Part shown: piece after piece, positions 1 to 13,300 of the stretch | Layout: each line of letters starts with the position of its first letter | Numbering within the stretch: position 1 is the stretch's first letter | Assembly (NCBI RefSeq): GCF_963921235.1 | Contig: NC_086102.1 | Coordinates: 54,312,001-54,376,000 of the forward strand | Direction of reading: 5' to 3' | DNA: 64,000 nucleotides | Source: Mobula hypostoma | Taxonomy: Eukaryota | Translations under genes and position numbers: made by a program | Notes under the pieces: generated by a model | The model's input: the letters and a program-made list of their open reading frames with translations, nothing else | Databases searched by the model: none | What the model was told of the DNA's origin: nothing

Positions 1-1379
1 AGGAATGCAAAACTTTATTATCTGTTGTTTCCTTGGTGGAAAAGGCAGAGAAAGTCTGAGGAGCAGAGTTGATGCAAAGAACAGAAACACTTTGGTGGAG
101 TGGAAGGGAGGGACCAGCAACTGGTAGTTGAGCAGTGACTGGAGAGGCTGCAAGATAAATGAGGAGGAGGGAAATGATTTATTTATTCTGCATGCTTCAG
201 GTCTCTGTACTTCACCACGAGACCAAAATTATTCACTGCATTATCATTATGGCTTCATTTAGTGCATGAAAACCCTGAGCAAACTTTCATGGTTCAGCAG
301 CCTTAACCATTTACTCTATGCAAAGCCATTTTATTTTTGTTGTCTTCCAGCTACCGAAAAAGGAATCAGAGTATTTCATAAAGCCTTTAAAAGTCATCTT
401 CAGAATAGTACTTCTATTATCTGAGCAGACATATCAGTTACCTATTTTGCAGGTTACTTTTCAACAGCTTCTGTAAATAAATGTCCAGTAGTCTCCCTTG
501 GACTCTTTCTTCCCTCACCTCCAATGGGCTAAGGAGTGTTTCTGGTGCCAAACTTCAGTCTGTTTGCAGATTTTACTGAGTGCGTGGCTTTGGTAGCAGG
601 CTGCTGTTTATGTACTGAGTGTTTCTGCCAGCTTCCTGTTGTTGCATGTTGCGCCTGGATAAGTTCAGTTGCATTTTTGCTAGCTGCTTGGACACTGAAT
701 GGTACACCAACTGCAGGATGGTTGGTTGGTTACTCTTCCTGATCTACATTAGCTCGGCTATTCTCTAGGTGAAATTAATGAACCATCATGGGAGCCAGCT
801 GTTGCATGTTTCAATTGTACACAATGTTTTGAACATATTATGACAAGTTTAATTAGATCTATTTAAAAATATATCTACAACAAACACTGCAAGAAATACC
901 CACCAAAATATTTAGGTATATTTACTTTTCCAAAGAGCCAAACACTTCCCCAGAAAAAAAATATTGTTAAAAGTTACAGATATATCACAGTAATTTGAGG
1001 AAATGCCCAATTTCTGGGAACTGCACATTGCATGTGGTTAGTATTAATAACCATCATTCAAAATAAAAGCAGAAAACATTGGAAATACTGAGCAGGTCCG
1101 ATCAAGTGAAAGAGAAACAGAGTTAACATTTCTGGTCGATGACCCTACATCAGAATTGGGAAGGAAAACAAAAGGAGCTGGTACAGTTGTAGGGAGTGTG
1201 GGGGAGTGGGATACCTAAAATAGGGGAAAACTGGGTTGACCATAGGGATAAGCTGCAAAAGGAGAATAAGTGGTTGATGAGGGAATAGGTGCAATTAGAG
1301 AGTGACAGCATAGATCAAAGAATGCAGGAGTTGTAAAATGAAGAGAACAAAGACATTCTAATACATTGAGAATGAATTT

Positions 1380-1700
1380 GAGGTCCTCTGTTGGTTCGGG
1401 TCAACCATGGATGTTGCACCCCAGCTGTCTGCATGATACGCAAGCCAGGGCAGTACAATATGGAGAGCAAGCTGTTGCTCCTGTAGCAAGCTCCCCCGCC
1501 TCCCCACACCCCCCGCCATGCAGCTGATGCATCCAAAGGGACAGCAGAGACCAATATAGTCCAGAGTCGCAGGAGTTAACACTTAACAGTCAGTGTTGAA
1601 CTCAACGTAGGGCTGCCTCAGGGATTCCAGCTCCGGATTTTTCTACAGGGTTTACTTCCAAAGCCTTCTCCATCAGTAGGTATATCTGCAAGGCAATGGA
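1380..1700 (+). repeat. Old interspersed repeat; related copies at about 6500-6965 (-) and 9985-10370 (+)
   Basis: Shared blocks: gtcaaccatggatgttgc, atatggagagcaagctgtt, gcagctgatg, gggattccagctc..atttt. Family not identified (possibly an RTE 5' region). Confidence 0.65.
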
Positions 1701-2822
1701 AGTAGAGAACTGATACAGTCAGAGAAACCTACTGTTGCAATGAAGCCCAACACCAAGCTTGAGAGATATCTTCTCATCTTCCACCTAGATATACTGCAGC
1801 CTTCTGGACTCAATATTAATTCTACAGCTTCAGGTAACTTGATATTTATATCCATGTCACTCATCCATCTGTGATAGTGGCTCAATCTGGTTATTTTTTT
1901 AATCTTTTATTTATTTTTTATCTTCTATTTGTGGAGGACATGCCCAGCCTGATCTGCTCTGCATTTTGAAACTTTCACAATCATTCATCTCTGTTCTCAC
2001 TTTCAACTGCTTATATTTACTCATTTTCTAGATCACCTAACTTTATAGTTTATCGCCATGGACACTATGGTTTTATTCCTTATCAACTCTTTCCCTCTTT
2101 CTCCCTGCTGCTTAATAAGTTTATTTTAACTTTTCCTCAGCTCTGATGAAGGTTCCTAACCTGAAACTCTTACATCAGGCGTGACCTGTTCTCCTGAGTA
2201 CTTCCAGCATTTGCTGTTTTATTTTATATTTCCAAAATTTACAGTTTTTCAAATTTTCATCCAAATCTCATTACAGTCTGATAACAGCAGATGCAATTCA
2301 GAAGAGAATGTGGCTCCAGAAACAAACAAAAAAAAAAAATCTGGTGCTGAAAAATACTTAAAACTATCTCCATAGAATCAATAGGACCACAACATATGTA
2401 GTCTCTCTCTGGGTTAGATAATAATCTGCTTTTCGATTCTTCCTACTGAAGTGCATGATCTCATGTTAAACTCCAAATAACTTTAACAATCAAAATAGGC
2501 TCCAGCCCCTAGATATTCCCCTTTCAGAGTTTCTCGAGTAATTTTACAGAATTCCCATCAATATATCTATCAACCCAAACTAGCTTCAGACAGGCAGGCA
2601 ATTGTGCATTCAATTTGTTGGGACATCTGTTCTGGGGCTTTCTAAAGAGGTGTGCACCCACTTTTCTCAAACTGTATACCAGTTAGATTTTCTCTCTAGA
2701 TGTTCCCTTCTGTTGTTTGTGTGAGTTTTAGACCAGTTAACAAAAAAAAATCGGTATCTGCTGAATAGAGTATTCATTTCCAACTATCCATATATATGAC
2801 TTGACTTGGTCCATCTAAGCAG

Positions 2823-3495
2823 AGTTCACTGCCAAGAAGGCCCACCAGCGCCTTTACTTCCTGAGAAAACTAAAGAAATTTGGCCTGTTCCCTAAAACCC
2901 CTCACTAATTTTTATAGATGCACCGTAGAATGCATTCTTCTAGGGTGCATCACAACCTGGGATGGAAGTTGTCCTGCCCAAGACCAAAAGAAGCTACAGA
3001 AGATCGTGAACACAGCGCAGCACATCACACAAACCAACCTTCTGTCCGTGGACTCAATTTACACCGCACGCTGTTGGAGCAGTGCTGCCAGGATAATCAA
3101 GGACACCACCCACCCAGCCAACACACTTTTTGTCCCTGTTCCCTCCGGGATAAGGCTCAGGAGCTTGAAGACTCGTATGGCCAGATTTGGGAACAGCTTC
3201 TTTCCAACTGTGATATTCTGCCGAACGGATCCTGACCCGAATCTGGGCCATACCCTCCAAATATCTGGACCTGCCTCTCGTTTTTTTTTTTTGCACTACC
3301 TTACTTCTAATTTTTCTATTTTCTATTTATGATATATAATTTAAATTTTTAATATTTACTAATTTTAACTATTTTTAATATTCTTAATATTTAATATTTG
3401 TAATCAAGGGAGTGGGAAGCGCAGAATCAAATATCGCTGTGATGATTGTACATTCTAGTACCAATTGTTTGGCAACAATAAAAGTATGAAGTATT
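2823..3495 (+). mobile_element. Rex1/Babar-type LINE 3' fragment
   Basis: KKAHQRLYFLRKLKKF...NFYRCTVECILLGCITTW; ends caataaaagtatgaagta. Confidence 0.8.
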
Positions 3496-4199
3496 TCCTT
3501 TTTCATTTCATGGCTCTAATATAATAGAGGTATCATGCTTGGCCACCAGGATTGTCCTTTTAAGTTAGGATAACTAATAGAAGTTAAACAGAATTCTACA
3601 AGAAATGCAATTGCAGTTAATTTGTTAGATCCAAATTTGTTTCTACTCCTTCTGCAATTTTTCACAGCACCAAAAAAAGCTGCTTTTTCAATGACTTCCA
3701 AGCGTGTTTATTCACAAGTCTGTTGGTTTTGCATGTTAGGTTATCATTATTAATTCCTTTGGAATATGCAAATTAATTCAAAGTAATTTAATTTTCACTT
3801 ATACTCACTTCCCCTAATCCAAGTTGTTAAAGCATCAAGAAAACCACCCAGAAGAATGTATTGGTTAAAAATTATGAAAACTTTGGGTGACTTCTGAAAC
3901 ATTTTCCCCAATCAATCATGGCAGTCTCTACGAGACGGAAAAGTGACAGAAAAAGACCATAACAATAGACAAAGTTGGAAGAGTCAGATTTCCATGTGAA
4001 GACTGATGATATGTTTTATCTTATATCAGATCTCAGTGAAAGTACACATTATTTCAGGGTAATGGCATTACTAGTGCCAGTCCCTCGTGTCTGATCTGCA
4101 GCCAGATATTAGCCACCATGCAATAAAACTCCAATAATTAACTCTCTGACTGGTCAGAAATCCAGATGGTTCAGCATCTAGCTCACAGGGTAATGCATA

Positions 4200-4960
4200 T
4201 CACACAAAAGAGATGTTTGTGGATTTTCGGAAGGTGCAGGCTGACCACTTCTCTGTGGAGAGAGTTAAGAGCATCAAGTTTCTTGGAGTGCACATAACTG
4301 ATGATCTTACCTGGTGCCTCAACCACCTCTTCAGAAAAGAAAGCACAGTAGTACCTTCACTTCCTGAGGAGACTGAGGTGAGCGAGACCACCCCCCCTAA
4401 TCAATTTTTACAGTAGCACCATTGAGAGTGGGCTGACCAGCTGCATCATCATCTGTTATGGTAACTGCAAGGCATCTCACTGCAAGAATCTACAAGGGAT
4501 TACAAGGACTGTTGAGAGGATCATTGGGATCTCTTTTCCACCCATCCGAGATATTTACCAGGAGTGCTGTGTACACTCCTTCTTACTGATCCCTCCCATC
4601 CATCTAACAATCTCTTTGACCCCCTACCATCAGGCGGGAGGTATCATAGCATTAGGACAAGCATTGTTAGGATGAGAAACAACAATTTCCCCCAAGGCGT
4701 GGGGCTACTAAACTCCCTGCCACCACCCAGGTCTCAGCGCGTACTGTATGAAGCACCACTAGTGTTATACTGTTTATCTTTTAACTTGTGTTGTAAATGC
4801 ACCTTATGATTTGTTAATTTATTTGTGGTAATACTACTTTATGTGTTGTGTGTGAGTTATATGTATTGTGTTGTGCACCTTGATCTAGAGGAACATTGTC
4901 TTGTTTGGCGGTATACATGTATATAGTTGATATGACAACTTGAACGGTAACCTGAACTTT
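4200..4960 (+). mobile_element. Rex1/Babar-type LINE 3' fragment
   Basis: VDFRK...VKSIKFLGVHITDDLTW; DPSHPSNNLFDPLPSG.RY. Confidence 0.75.
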
Positions 4961-5124
4961 CAACACACTACAGTCCCAGTTTCCACCTTCATTTAACACT
5001 TACAACTAGTCAGTCTACATTTCAACTGAAACACTGTGTCAGACAGTGATACAAGATTTGACCTAAAATGTCAACAATAGCATTCAAAGAAGCAGTACAC
5101 ATCAACATTTGTTGGTTAAAAAAA

Positions 5125-6375
5125 AATCAAATCATTAGAAAGAAGTGGCATAAGACCAGAGGATGTAGAATCCTTGTGGGAAGAGTTGCGAAACTGCAAG
5201 GGTAAAATTACCCTGACTGGAGTTATATACAGGCTTCCGAACAGCAGCCATGATGTACAAATTACAATGGGAGATAGAAATGTGACGTAAAAGCACAATG
5301 TTACAATGCTGCTGAACAAGTTAAGAACCCATGGTATTACAGGAAAGACACTAGCATGGATAGAATATTGGCTACCTTGCAGAAGGCAAAGAGTGAGAAT
5401 TAAGGGAGGGCATTTTCTGGTTGGCTGCCAGTTACTAGTGGTGTCCTGTAGGGTTCAGTGTTTGGTTTGCTACTCCTCACATTATATGTTAATGATCTAG
5501 ATGATGGAATTGTTGGTTTTGTGGCCAAGTTTGCAGATGATACAGAGATAGGGGTGTAGGCTGTGTTTTGGATGCAGGAGTATGCAATAGGTTTTGAACA
5601 GATTAGGAGATTGGGCAAAGAAGTGCCTGATAGAATATATTGTTGGAATATGTATGTCATGTGCTTTGGTAGAAGTAGTAAAGGCAGAGACTATTTTGAA
5701 CTGAGGAGTGAAATCAGAAATCAGAGGTGTGAAGGGTCTTGCGAGTCCTCATGCAAGATTACCTAAATTTTATCTTGCAGATTTAATTGGTAGTAAGAAA
5801 GGCAAATGCAATACAATTTTGAGAGGACTGGTATATAAAATCAAGGATATAATGCTGAGACTCTATAAGGCGTTGGCCAGACCACATCTGAAGTATTGTG
5901 AGCAGCTTTGGGCCCCCTATCTAAGAAAGTATGTGCTGGTACTGGAGAGAGTCCAGAGAAAGTTCAGAAGAATGATCTCTGGTGTGAAAAGGGTTAACAT
6001 AGAAGAAACATTTGAAGCCCTGTACTCAAAATAACTCAAAAGAACTGAGAAAAATGAAAGGGATCTCATTGAAACCCAAATATTGAAAGAAGTACTTAGA
6101 GTGGATGTCGAGATGATGTTCCAGTAGTGGGAGACCTTAGATTCAGAGGACACGGCCTTAGAATAGAAAGTTGTCCATTTGTATAGAGATAAGAAGGAAT
6201 TCCTTTAGCCAAAGGGTTCTGAATCTGTGGTACTTATTGCCACAGATGGCTGTGGAAGCAAAGTCATTGGGTATATTTAAAACAGAGGTTGATAGGTTCT
6301 TGATTAGTAAAGGAAGAAGACAGGAGAATGGAATTGAGAGTGAAAATAAATCAGTCATGATGGAGTGGCAAAGCA
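5125..6375 (+). mobile_element. CR1 fragments (endonuclease piece and RT 3' end)
   Basis: LLNKLRTHGITGK, LYKALARPHLKYCEQLWAPYLRK. Confidence 0.8.
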
Positions 6376-7244
6376 GACTCTCTTTGAGCCTGTCTTATTT
6401 TGCCTCACCTAATTCGACTTGAGGTTCCTTACGTTTGCTACAGCCAGGGAAAGATGTAGTGGCGATGAGCTCCCACTAACTATTAAAATAACCCAATGGT
6501 ATGCTTCTCAAATAGCCTCTGACAACCAAATCTATCTCCTGGCCTTCACATGTGGTTTAGCTTCAAAGGCCAGCAGAACTATTTCTACTGACAGGAGAAG
6601 AGGCAAAGGTGCCTTAAAACCAGTTACTCCGGGCAGATGGCTCTCATCAGCTAGGATTGGCAGCTTATCTAGTAGAAGGAAAACTCTGATCTCAAACCTC
6701 CACTGTCTTGTGCCTATAACCACTCATGAGGAAAGCGTCAGGAATAAACCCTGAGGAAAAATTCACAGCTGGAATCCCCAAGACAGCCCTACGTTGAGTT
6801 CAATGTTGACTGGCAACTCCTGTCAACACCACTGGAGCCAAACTGTATTGATCTCTGCTGTTCCTTTGGATTCATGGGCAACAGTTTACTCTCCATATCG
6901 TACTGCCCGGGCTTGTGTATTCAGCTAGGACACAACATCCATGGTTGACCCCAACCAACAGAAGACTTGAGTTTGACTTGATTTCACTCTTCTTCACTTC
7001 CTTGTATTGTTTCACTATCTGAATTTTCACTAGCTAAGAATATCACTGTTGGTCCAAATGTACCCCAAGGTCTCTCTTGGACCTTGCCACATCAATAATT
7101 TGACTTCCAATGAGTTGTTACACAAGCACTTTTCAACTGAAATATGATGGGAAAAGAACCTGTCAAAAACGTGCTAAAAATGTCTCCCTTTAGCAGTCGG
7201 CATCAAATTTGTGATTCTGTGAAAACAAAAAGGAATTTCCTTAC

Positions 7245-7365
7245 CTTTTATTAGCTTCTTGTGTTCTTATTCCAGTGGAAACACAACATTAAAAAACTAT
7301 AGAAATTGCCAGTGGTCCTAAAATAATCCAAAAATAACGTTCTGTTCTAAATTGTGATGCATGTG
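7245..7365 (-). CDS. Exon 4: stalk and hydrophobic (TM or GPI-signal) exon with in-frame TAA at 7291-7289
   Basis: Strong acceptor tacttctttttttgcttttcag|CA in phase 1. Reads AHASQFRTERYFWIILGPLAISIVF*CCVSTGIRTQEANKR. A possible donor AG|gtaagg lies at 7244 and AATAAA at 7252-7247. Confidence 0.75.
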
Positions 7366-10300
7366 CTGAAAAGCAAAAAAAGAAGTATTAAATAATTGAA
7401 AATAGCAGATTAACCTTTTCATTTTCAATTGCAGAACAAATTTAAGTCTGGAAGATTGTGAAATGTCATTCTTTTTCTGAAACATACAGAGCATATTTGT
7501 TTCCTCTGACTTATTTTCCTGGCATTTTGAAACGTCTCAAAGGAATTTCAAAGGAATTGCAGCCAGTTTTATGTTGAAATTTGCAGCTCTCTGTTGAAAT
7601 TGGAATGAATTAGTCTAATGGAGGGAAGGATGTTTAACTAGCACCATTAGGGAAAAAAGAGGACAAGTTCAGAAGGGATAATGTGAACAGCACAGAATAG
7701 AACTGGCAGGAGATATGGAATCAGAGGTAAGTGAAGAGGGGAGAAAGATGTAGAGGGATTTGGAAATTCAAGAGTTGAGTTTCAAAACTAGAGGCAGTTG
7801 AAATTAATGGGTCAGGTCATCTATCCATCTGTGATATTGAATCAGTTTTTCTCTCTCAGTACAATCTGATCTGTTGAGTATATTCTGCAGCCCTTCAGTT
7901 TTTGACATTTACATTCCGTTGTCTGTGATTCGCTCTCTTTACTGCCGTCATTTCATGATTTTTATGAGAAAAGGACCATGTTATTTCTCTCCCTAAAGTT
8001 TCCATTAACTCATCAACTTGATTATGTTGTTTCCAGTTGATCAATAGGGCAACTTTGGCATCATCCTTTCAGAGATATAATCTTTGTCAGAATCAGAATC
8101 AGATTTATTGTCAGTGACACAAGTTGTAAAATTAGTTGTCCTATCCAATAAGCCCTCCCCTACCCCATCCCATAATTTAATATATATATTTTCTCTCCCT
8201 TGCAGTTCTGACTTTAAGGTCTGTGACCTGAAACACTAAATATGTTTCTTTTTCTCCCCCTCAAATACTGTGTGGCCTTCTGATTCCAATGGCTGCTTGG
8301 CCATCGAATAAGCTACCTCCTGCTCCAACTGTCAGAGTTGCTGGTTCCCACACTGGCCTCATTTGTCACCCTGGAATCCATAAAGGTGAAGCAGAAGCCA
8401 GTTGTCCTTGATTCTGAGGTGTGACCAAAGAAGAACATGAATATTGGAAAAAAAAGAGGGAAAACATGAACCTGCAGACAACTTAGCCTAACATTAGTCA
8501 TGAAGAAAATGATAGATACTATTAAAAAGAAATGGATATCATTATACTTCGAAAATATCAATGGGATTACACACAGTCAACACAGATTTTTGGAAGGGAA
8601 GTTATGTTTGACAAACCCGCTGGAGGTTTTGAGGATGTAGCTGTTAAGATTGATAAGGGGAAAATCAGTGGGTGTGATTCACCTGGTCCTTAGAAAGCCT
8701 TTAATAAGTACTGGGAACAATGTATTGGCACAAATTAGTAAACAGAAAATAGAACAGGAATAAATAGATGGACAGCAAATAAAATGGTGAATGCTGTAAT
8801 CTGAAACAAAAATAGAAATGCTGGAAGTACGCAGCCAGTCAAACAAAATCTGTAGAAAGAAACGCCAGTTAACGTTTCAAATCAAGGACCCTTCCTCATA
8901 ATAAGTGGGACTTCTGAGTGCCAGGTGCCATGTATATTCACATATTGGGTGAGGAACCAAACATAATATTTCAACGTATGCTGGTGACACTGAACCACAT
9001 TGATGGGAGGATGCAAAGAGGCTTCAAGGCAGCTGAAGTTGATGGAGTGAGTGGACAGTATCTTACTAGGTGTGGTATAATATGGATAAATGTTTTCCAT
9101 TCAGCAAGAAAACAGAAAGACATGTTAAATGGTTTTAGATTGGGAAGTGTCGAGGTAGAAAGAAACTTGGGTATCCATGTACACCAATTACAGAAGGTAT
9201 CAGCTAAATGCAGCAAGTATTTAAGAATGCAAAGTATTTTAGCCTTGAAAGCAAGAGGATAGAGTACAGGAACAAGGATGCCCTGATACAATTCTACAAG
9301 ACCTTGGTGAAACTGCATTTAGGACCTTGTCTACAGTTTTGGGTCTCCTTAACTAAGAAACAATACACTTGCCATAGAGGGAGTGCAGTGAAGGTTAACG
9401 TAGGGACTGCTGTAATGAAGAGATATTAGGTTAACTATGTTTGTATCCATGGTAGTACAGAAGAATAAGAAGAAACCTAATTGAAATGCTGACAAGGCAA
9501 GATAGATGGCAAGCAAGAATGTGTTCCTTGGATGTGGGCTGTAAGGAGTTCCAGTCTCAGGATAAGGGCTGAGGCACTTGAAACTGAGATGAGGAAAAAT
9601 TTCTTCACTCAGAAGATGATGAACCTGTGGAATTCACCAGCATGAAGGGCTATACAGGAAAGGTCATAAATATATTTTAGAAGTAGTGAAAGAAAATTCT
9701 TAATGCTAAAGGCATTAAAGGTATTGGGAGAGAGCAGGAATCTGATATTAAGATAATGATTAGCTGTGTTTGTATGGAATGGTGGAGAAGGCACAGAAAG
9801 GCTGAATGATCTACTACTCTTAATTTACTGGACCCTGTGCATTTGTCATAATTGAGATGCCTGAAATATAACTTTTCTGCAAGATCTTTCAAAGATTATA
9901 GAGGCTGATGCCTAAAGTTTGCAAATGCCCAGGGCAGCTGGGTTATTCTTCAAGATGAATTTCGATTTCCTTTACTGATGTGAGGGCCTCCGCTGGTTGG
10001 AAATGACTATGGATGTTGCATCCTAGCTATCAACATAGTTGATATGCAAGCCAGGATAGCACGATATGGAGAACAAGCTGTTGTTCATGCTGCAGGCCCC
10101 CTCTCTCCATGCAGCTGATGAACTTACAGGAATGGCAGAGACTAATACGGCTTGATAACAGGAACAGCATTGCAGGAGTTGCCAGTCGACATTGAACACA
10201 GCACAGGGTTGCATTAGAGATTCCAGCTCCAGAATTTTTCTTGGAGCTTATTCCCGAAGGCTTCCCCAATAGTGGTTATAGCTGGAAGGCAGCAGAGGTT

Positions 10301-13300
10301 TGAGATCAGAGTTTCCCTTCTCCCAGATAAGCTGTCATGCACAGCTGAAAAGTCCCATCGGCCCTGGTACTGATGAAAGTGATACAAAGTGTTGCCTTTA
10401 TTGGATACAGCTTCCAAAGCCTCAGGCAGCAACAGTGACATTTTGATAGTCAAGGAAGCTTCTTGGAGACAAAACATAATAACGACCATGTAGTTAGTTG
10501 AGATTAATTTTTGTGTCTACTGTTAAATAACAAAATGACACTTCCACCTACAACCTCTAAGAAAATTGCTGCTTGACACATCTGCTCTTCATGGAATACT
10601 TTTAAAACCAATAATTCAGTCGAAGAACATGTTACACTTTTCAGATTGCTCAGGGAAACAAGCTCTATGATTCCCATATGATTTTGGGGTTCCAAGCAGC
10701 AGAAACAAGATACTGCAGATGCTCTGAATCTAAAATGAGGTTAAATGTTGATGCAGATCCTCAGCAGGTCAGGTAGCAAAGACAAAATCAGAGTTTCAGT
10801 TTTAGTCTAAGGAGCTTACACTAGAATAAGACAAAAAATGACTTTTCCATTTCTTCAGTTGATTCTGTCTTTCATCCCTTCTTCAGATCTTCAGCTTCTC
10901 CTTTGAGACCTTGAATAGTCCATCCTCAACAAAGGTCTCAGCTTCAACCACACATTTCTATATTGCAATCATTTCAAGCTCAAAATGATACCAAGAACTT
11001 CTTCCACTGCCTACACTTCCAGGTGAAGGTCCCTTTATTCAGGAGACTTCAACCAGAGCATGGAACTATGGGAACATGGGAAGATCAGTAGCCTCCCAAG
11101 CTTTTCTGGCAATTAAAGGGATAGCCATGCTTATCCATTGACCGATAACTTCAGATAAACTTGGTTACCAAAAATCTACCAAACTCAGGTTTAAAAATAA
11201 CAAAATACCAAAGAACACGCGATTTTTATAAAATGATATCGCAAGCTTCTTCAACTCTGCCTATGTACGCATTTCCTAACTTCACTTCTGACAGGACCCC
11301 TAATTGTTTAGACCATGCCACATGTCCAAGACTTCCCATTTAGTCAAAAAGCTGCACTCCATTTTCCCCATTATTAACTTGGATTGATCAAATCATAGCT
11401 TAACTTTCTAAGTTTCACAAACGATAGATACAACATAATTGTGTAATTTCTGGTGAATTTCTTGTTCATGTATGATTTTGGTAAAGTTATAGTGCATTCT
11501 ACCAAAGGTCAATACCTTTCAATATTTTCAAGGTGTGGCACCCAGAATTGCTCACACTACCTCTGTACTAATCCAATTAGGGATTTCCATAGCTTAGTCA
11601 TAGAGTCACAGAGCACTAAAGCACAGAAACAGACCATTTGGCCCATCAACCCTGTGCCAAACTGTCATTCTGCCTAGTTCCAATGACCTGCACCTGAACC
11701 ATAGACCTCCATACCCCTCCCATTCATATGCTTATCCAAACTACTTTTAAATGTTGAAATCCACTACTTCAGCTGGAAATTTCACACACACACACTCTCT
11801 CTCTACACCCTCTGAGTGAAGAATTTTTCCCTCATGGCTCCTTAAATATTTCACCTTTCACCCTTAACATATAACCTACTTCCAGGCTTGCTTATCTTCA
11901 GTGGAAAAAAAGCCTGCTTGCAGTTACCATATCTATAAATCTCATAATTTTGTATATTCTTTCAAATCTTCCTTCATTGTCCTACAGTCCCGGGAATAAA
12001 GTACAGTACCAAACTATTCAACCTCTACAGGTAACTCAAATCAGTAAGTCGCAGTAGCATCCTCGTAATATGTTTTTTCGTACTCTTTCAATCTTATTGA
12101 TATCTTTCCTGTAGGTAGGTGACCTAAACTTCACACAGTACTCCAAATTTGGCCTCACCAACATCTCATGCAACTTCAACATAACATACCAACTCCTGTA
12201 TTCAGTACTTTCATTTATTAAAGCCAACATGCCAGAAGCTCTCTTTACGACCCTATTTACATGTGACACTACTTAATGCATTAATTTCATCTGCCATTTT
12301 TAGCCCATTTTTTTCCAGCTTTTATACATCCCACTGCAGGCTTTGATAACCTTCTTTGCTGTCTGCTATGCTCACATTCTTAATGTTATCCACAAATTTG
12401 CTGATCCAGTTTGCCACTTTATCATCCAGATCACTTAGTTGACAAAGAACAATGGACCCAGCATTAATCTCTGGCACACGACCAGTAACAGAAAGGCTAC
12501 CATCTACCCTGGCGTCTTCTGCAAAGTCAATCTTGAATCCAATTTACTACTTCATCCTGAAAGGAGGGATTTTTTCAGCCAGAGTGGTGAGTCTGTAGGT
12601 TGAGGTCAACTCATGGGTATATTTAAAGCAGAAGTTAATAGATTCCTGACTGGTCAGGGCATCAAGGGATATGGTGAGAGGGCAGGTTTATGGGGTTGAA
12701 TGGGATCTGGGATCAGCCATGCTGAAATGCCGGAGTAGACTCGATGGGCTGAATGGCATAATTCTACTCTCATGTCTAATGGTCTTATGGTCTAATGCCA
12801 AGCAACTGATACTTCTGGACCAGCCTTCTGTGCCAGACTTTGTCAAAGGCCCTGGCTATCCAAATACTTACACATATATCCATTCCCTTACAATACCTTC
12901 CTATAATTCACCCACTATTCAGGTCAGGCTCATTAGCCTATAATTTCCAGGCTTATTCCAAGAGCCTTTCTTGAACAATGAAACAACATTAGCTATCCTC
13001 CAGCCCTCCAGCCCCTCACCTGTGGCTAAGGATGCTTTAACTATCTCTGGCTGGGCCTCTGCAATTTCTGCACTGGCCTCCCATATAGACCAAGAGGACA
13101 CCTTATCAGGCCCTGGGAATTACCTACCATAATTTTCCCTCAAGACAGCAAGTACGTCCTTCTCTGTAATTCAGATACAGTCTATGAATTCAGTAATGTT
13201 TTGCCTCAGTTCTATAGTCTCTGCATCCATCTCCCAAGAAAATAAATAATCAAAAACTCTATTTAAAATCTAACACACCCACCATCTCTTTTGTATAAAT

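Noticed and set aside
351-425. Possible plus-strand terminal exon (acceptor ttttgttgtcttccag, ATEKGIRVFHKAFKSHLQNSTSII*)
   Set aside because: Only an acceptor and a short frame; upstream exons would lie outside the window, so it cannot be supported.
7217-7244. 28-nt GT...AG mini-intron after exon 4
   Set aside because: Too short for vertebrate spliceosomal splicing, and the downstream frames close quickly.
10504-10695. Candidate missing C2 exon (VTCSST...MC)
   Set aside because: No Trp at the expected C-strand position, wrong cysteine spacing and no phase-1 splice sites.
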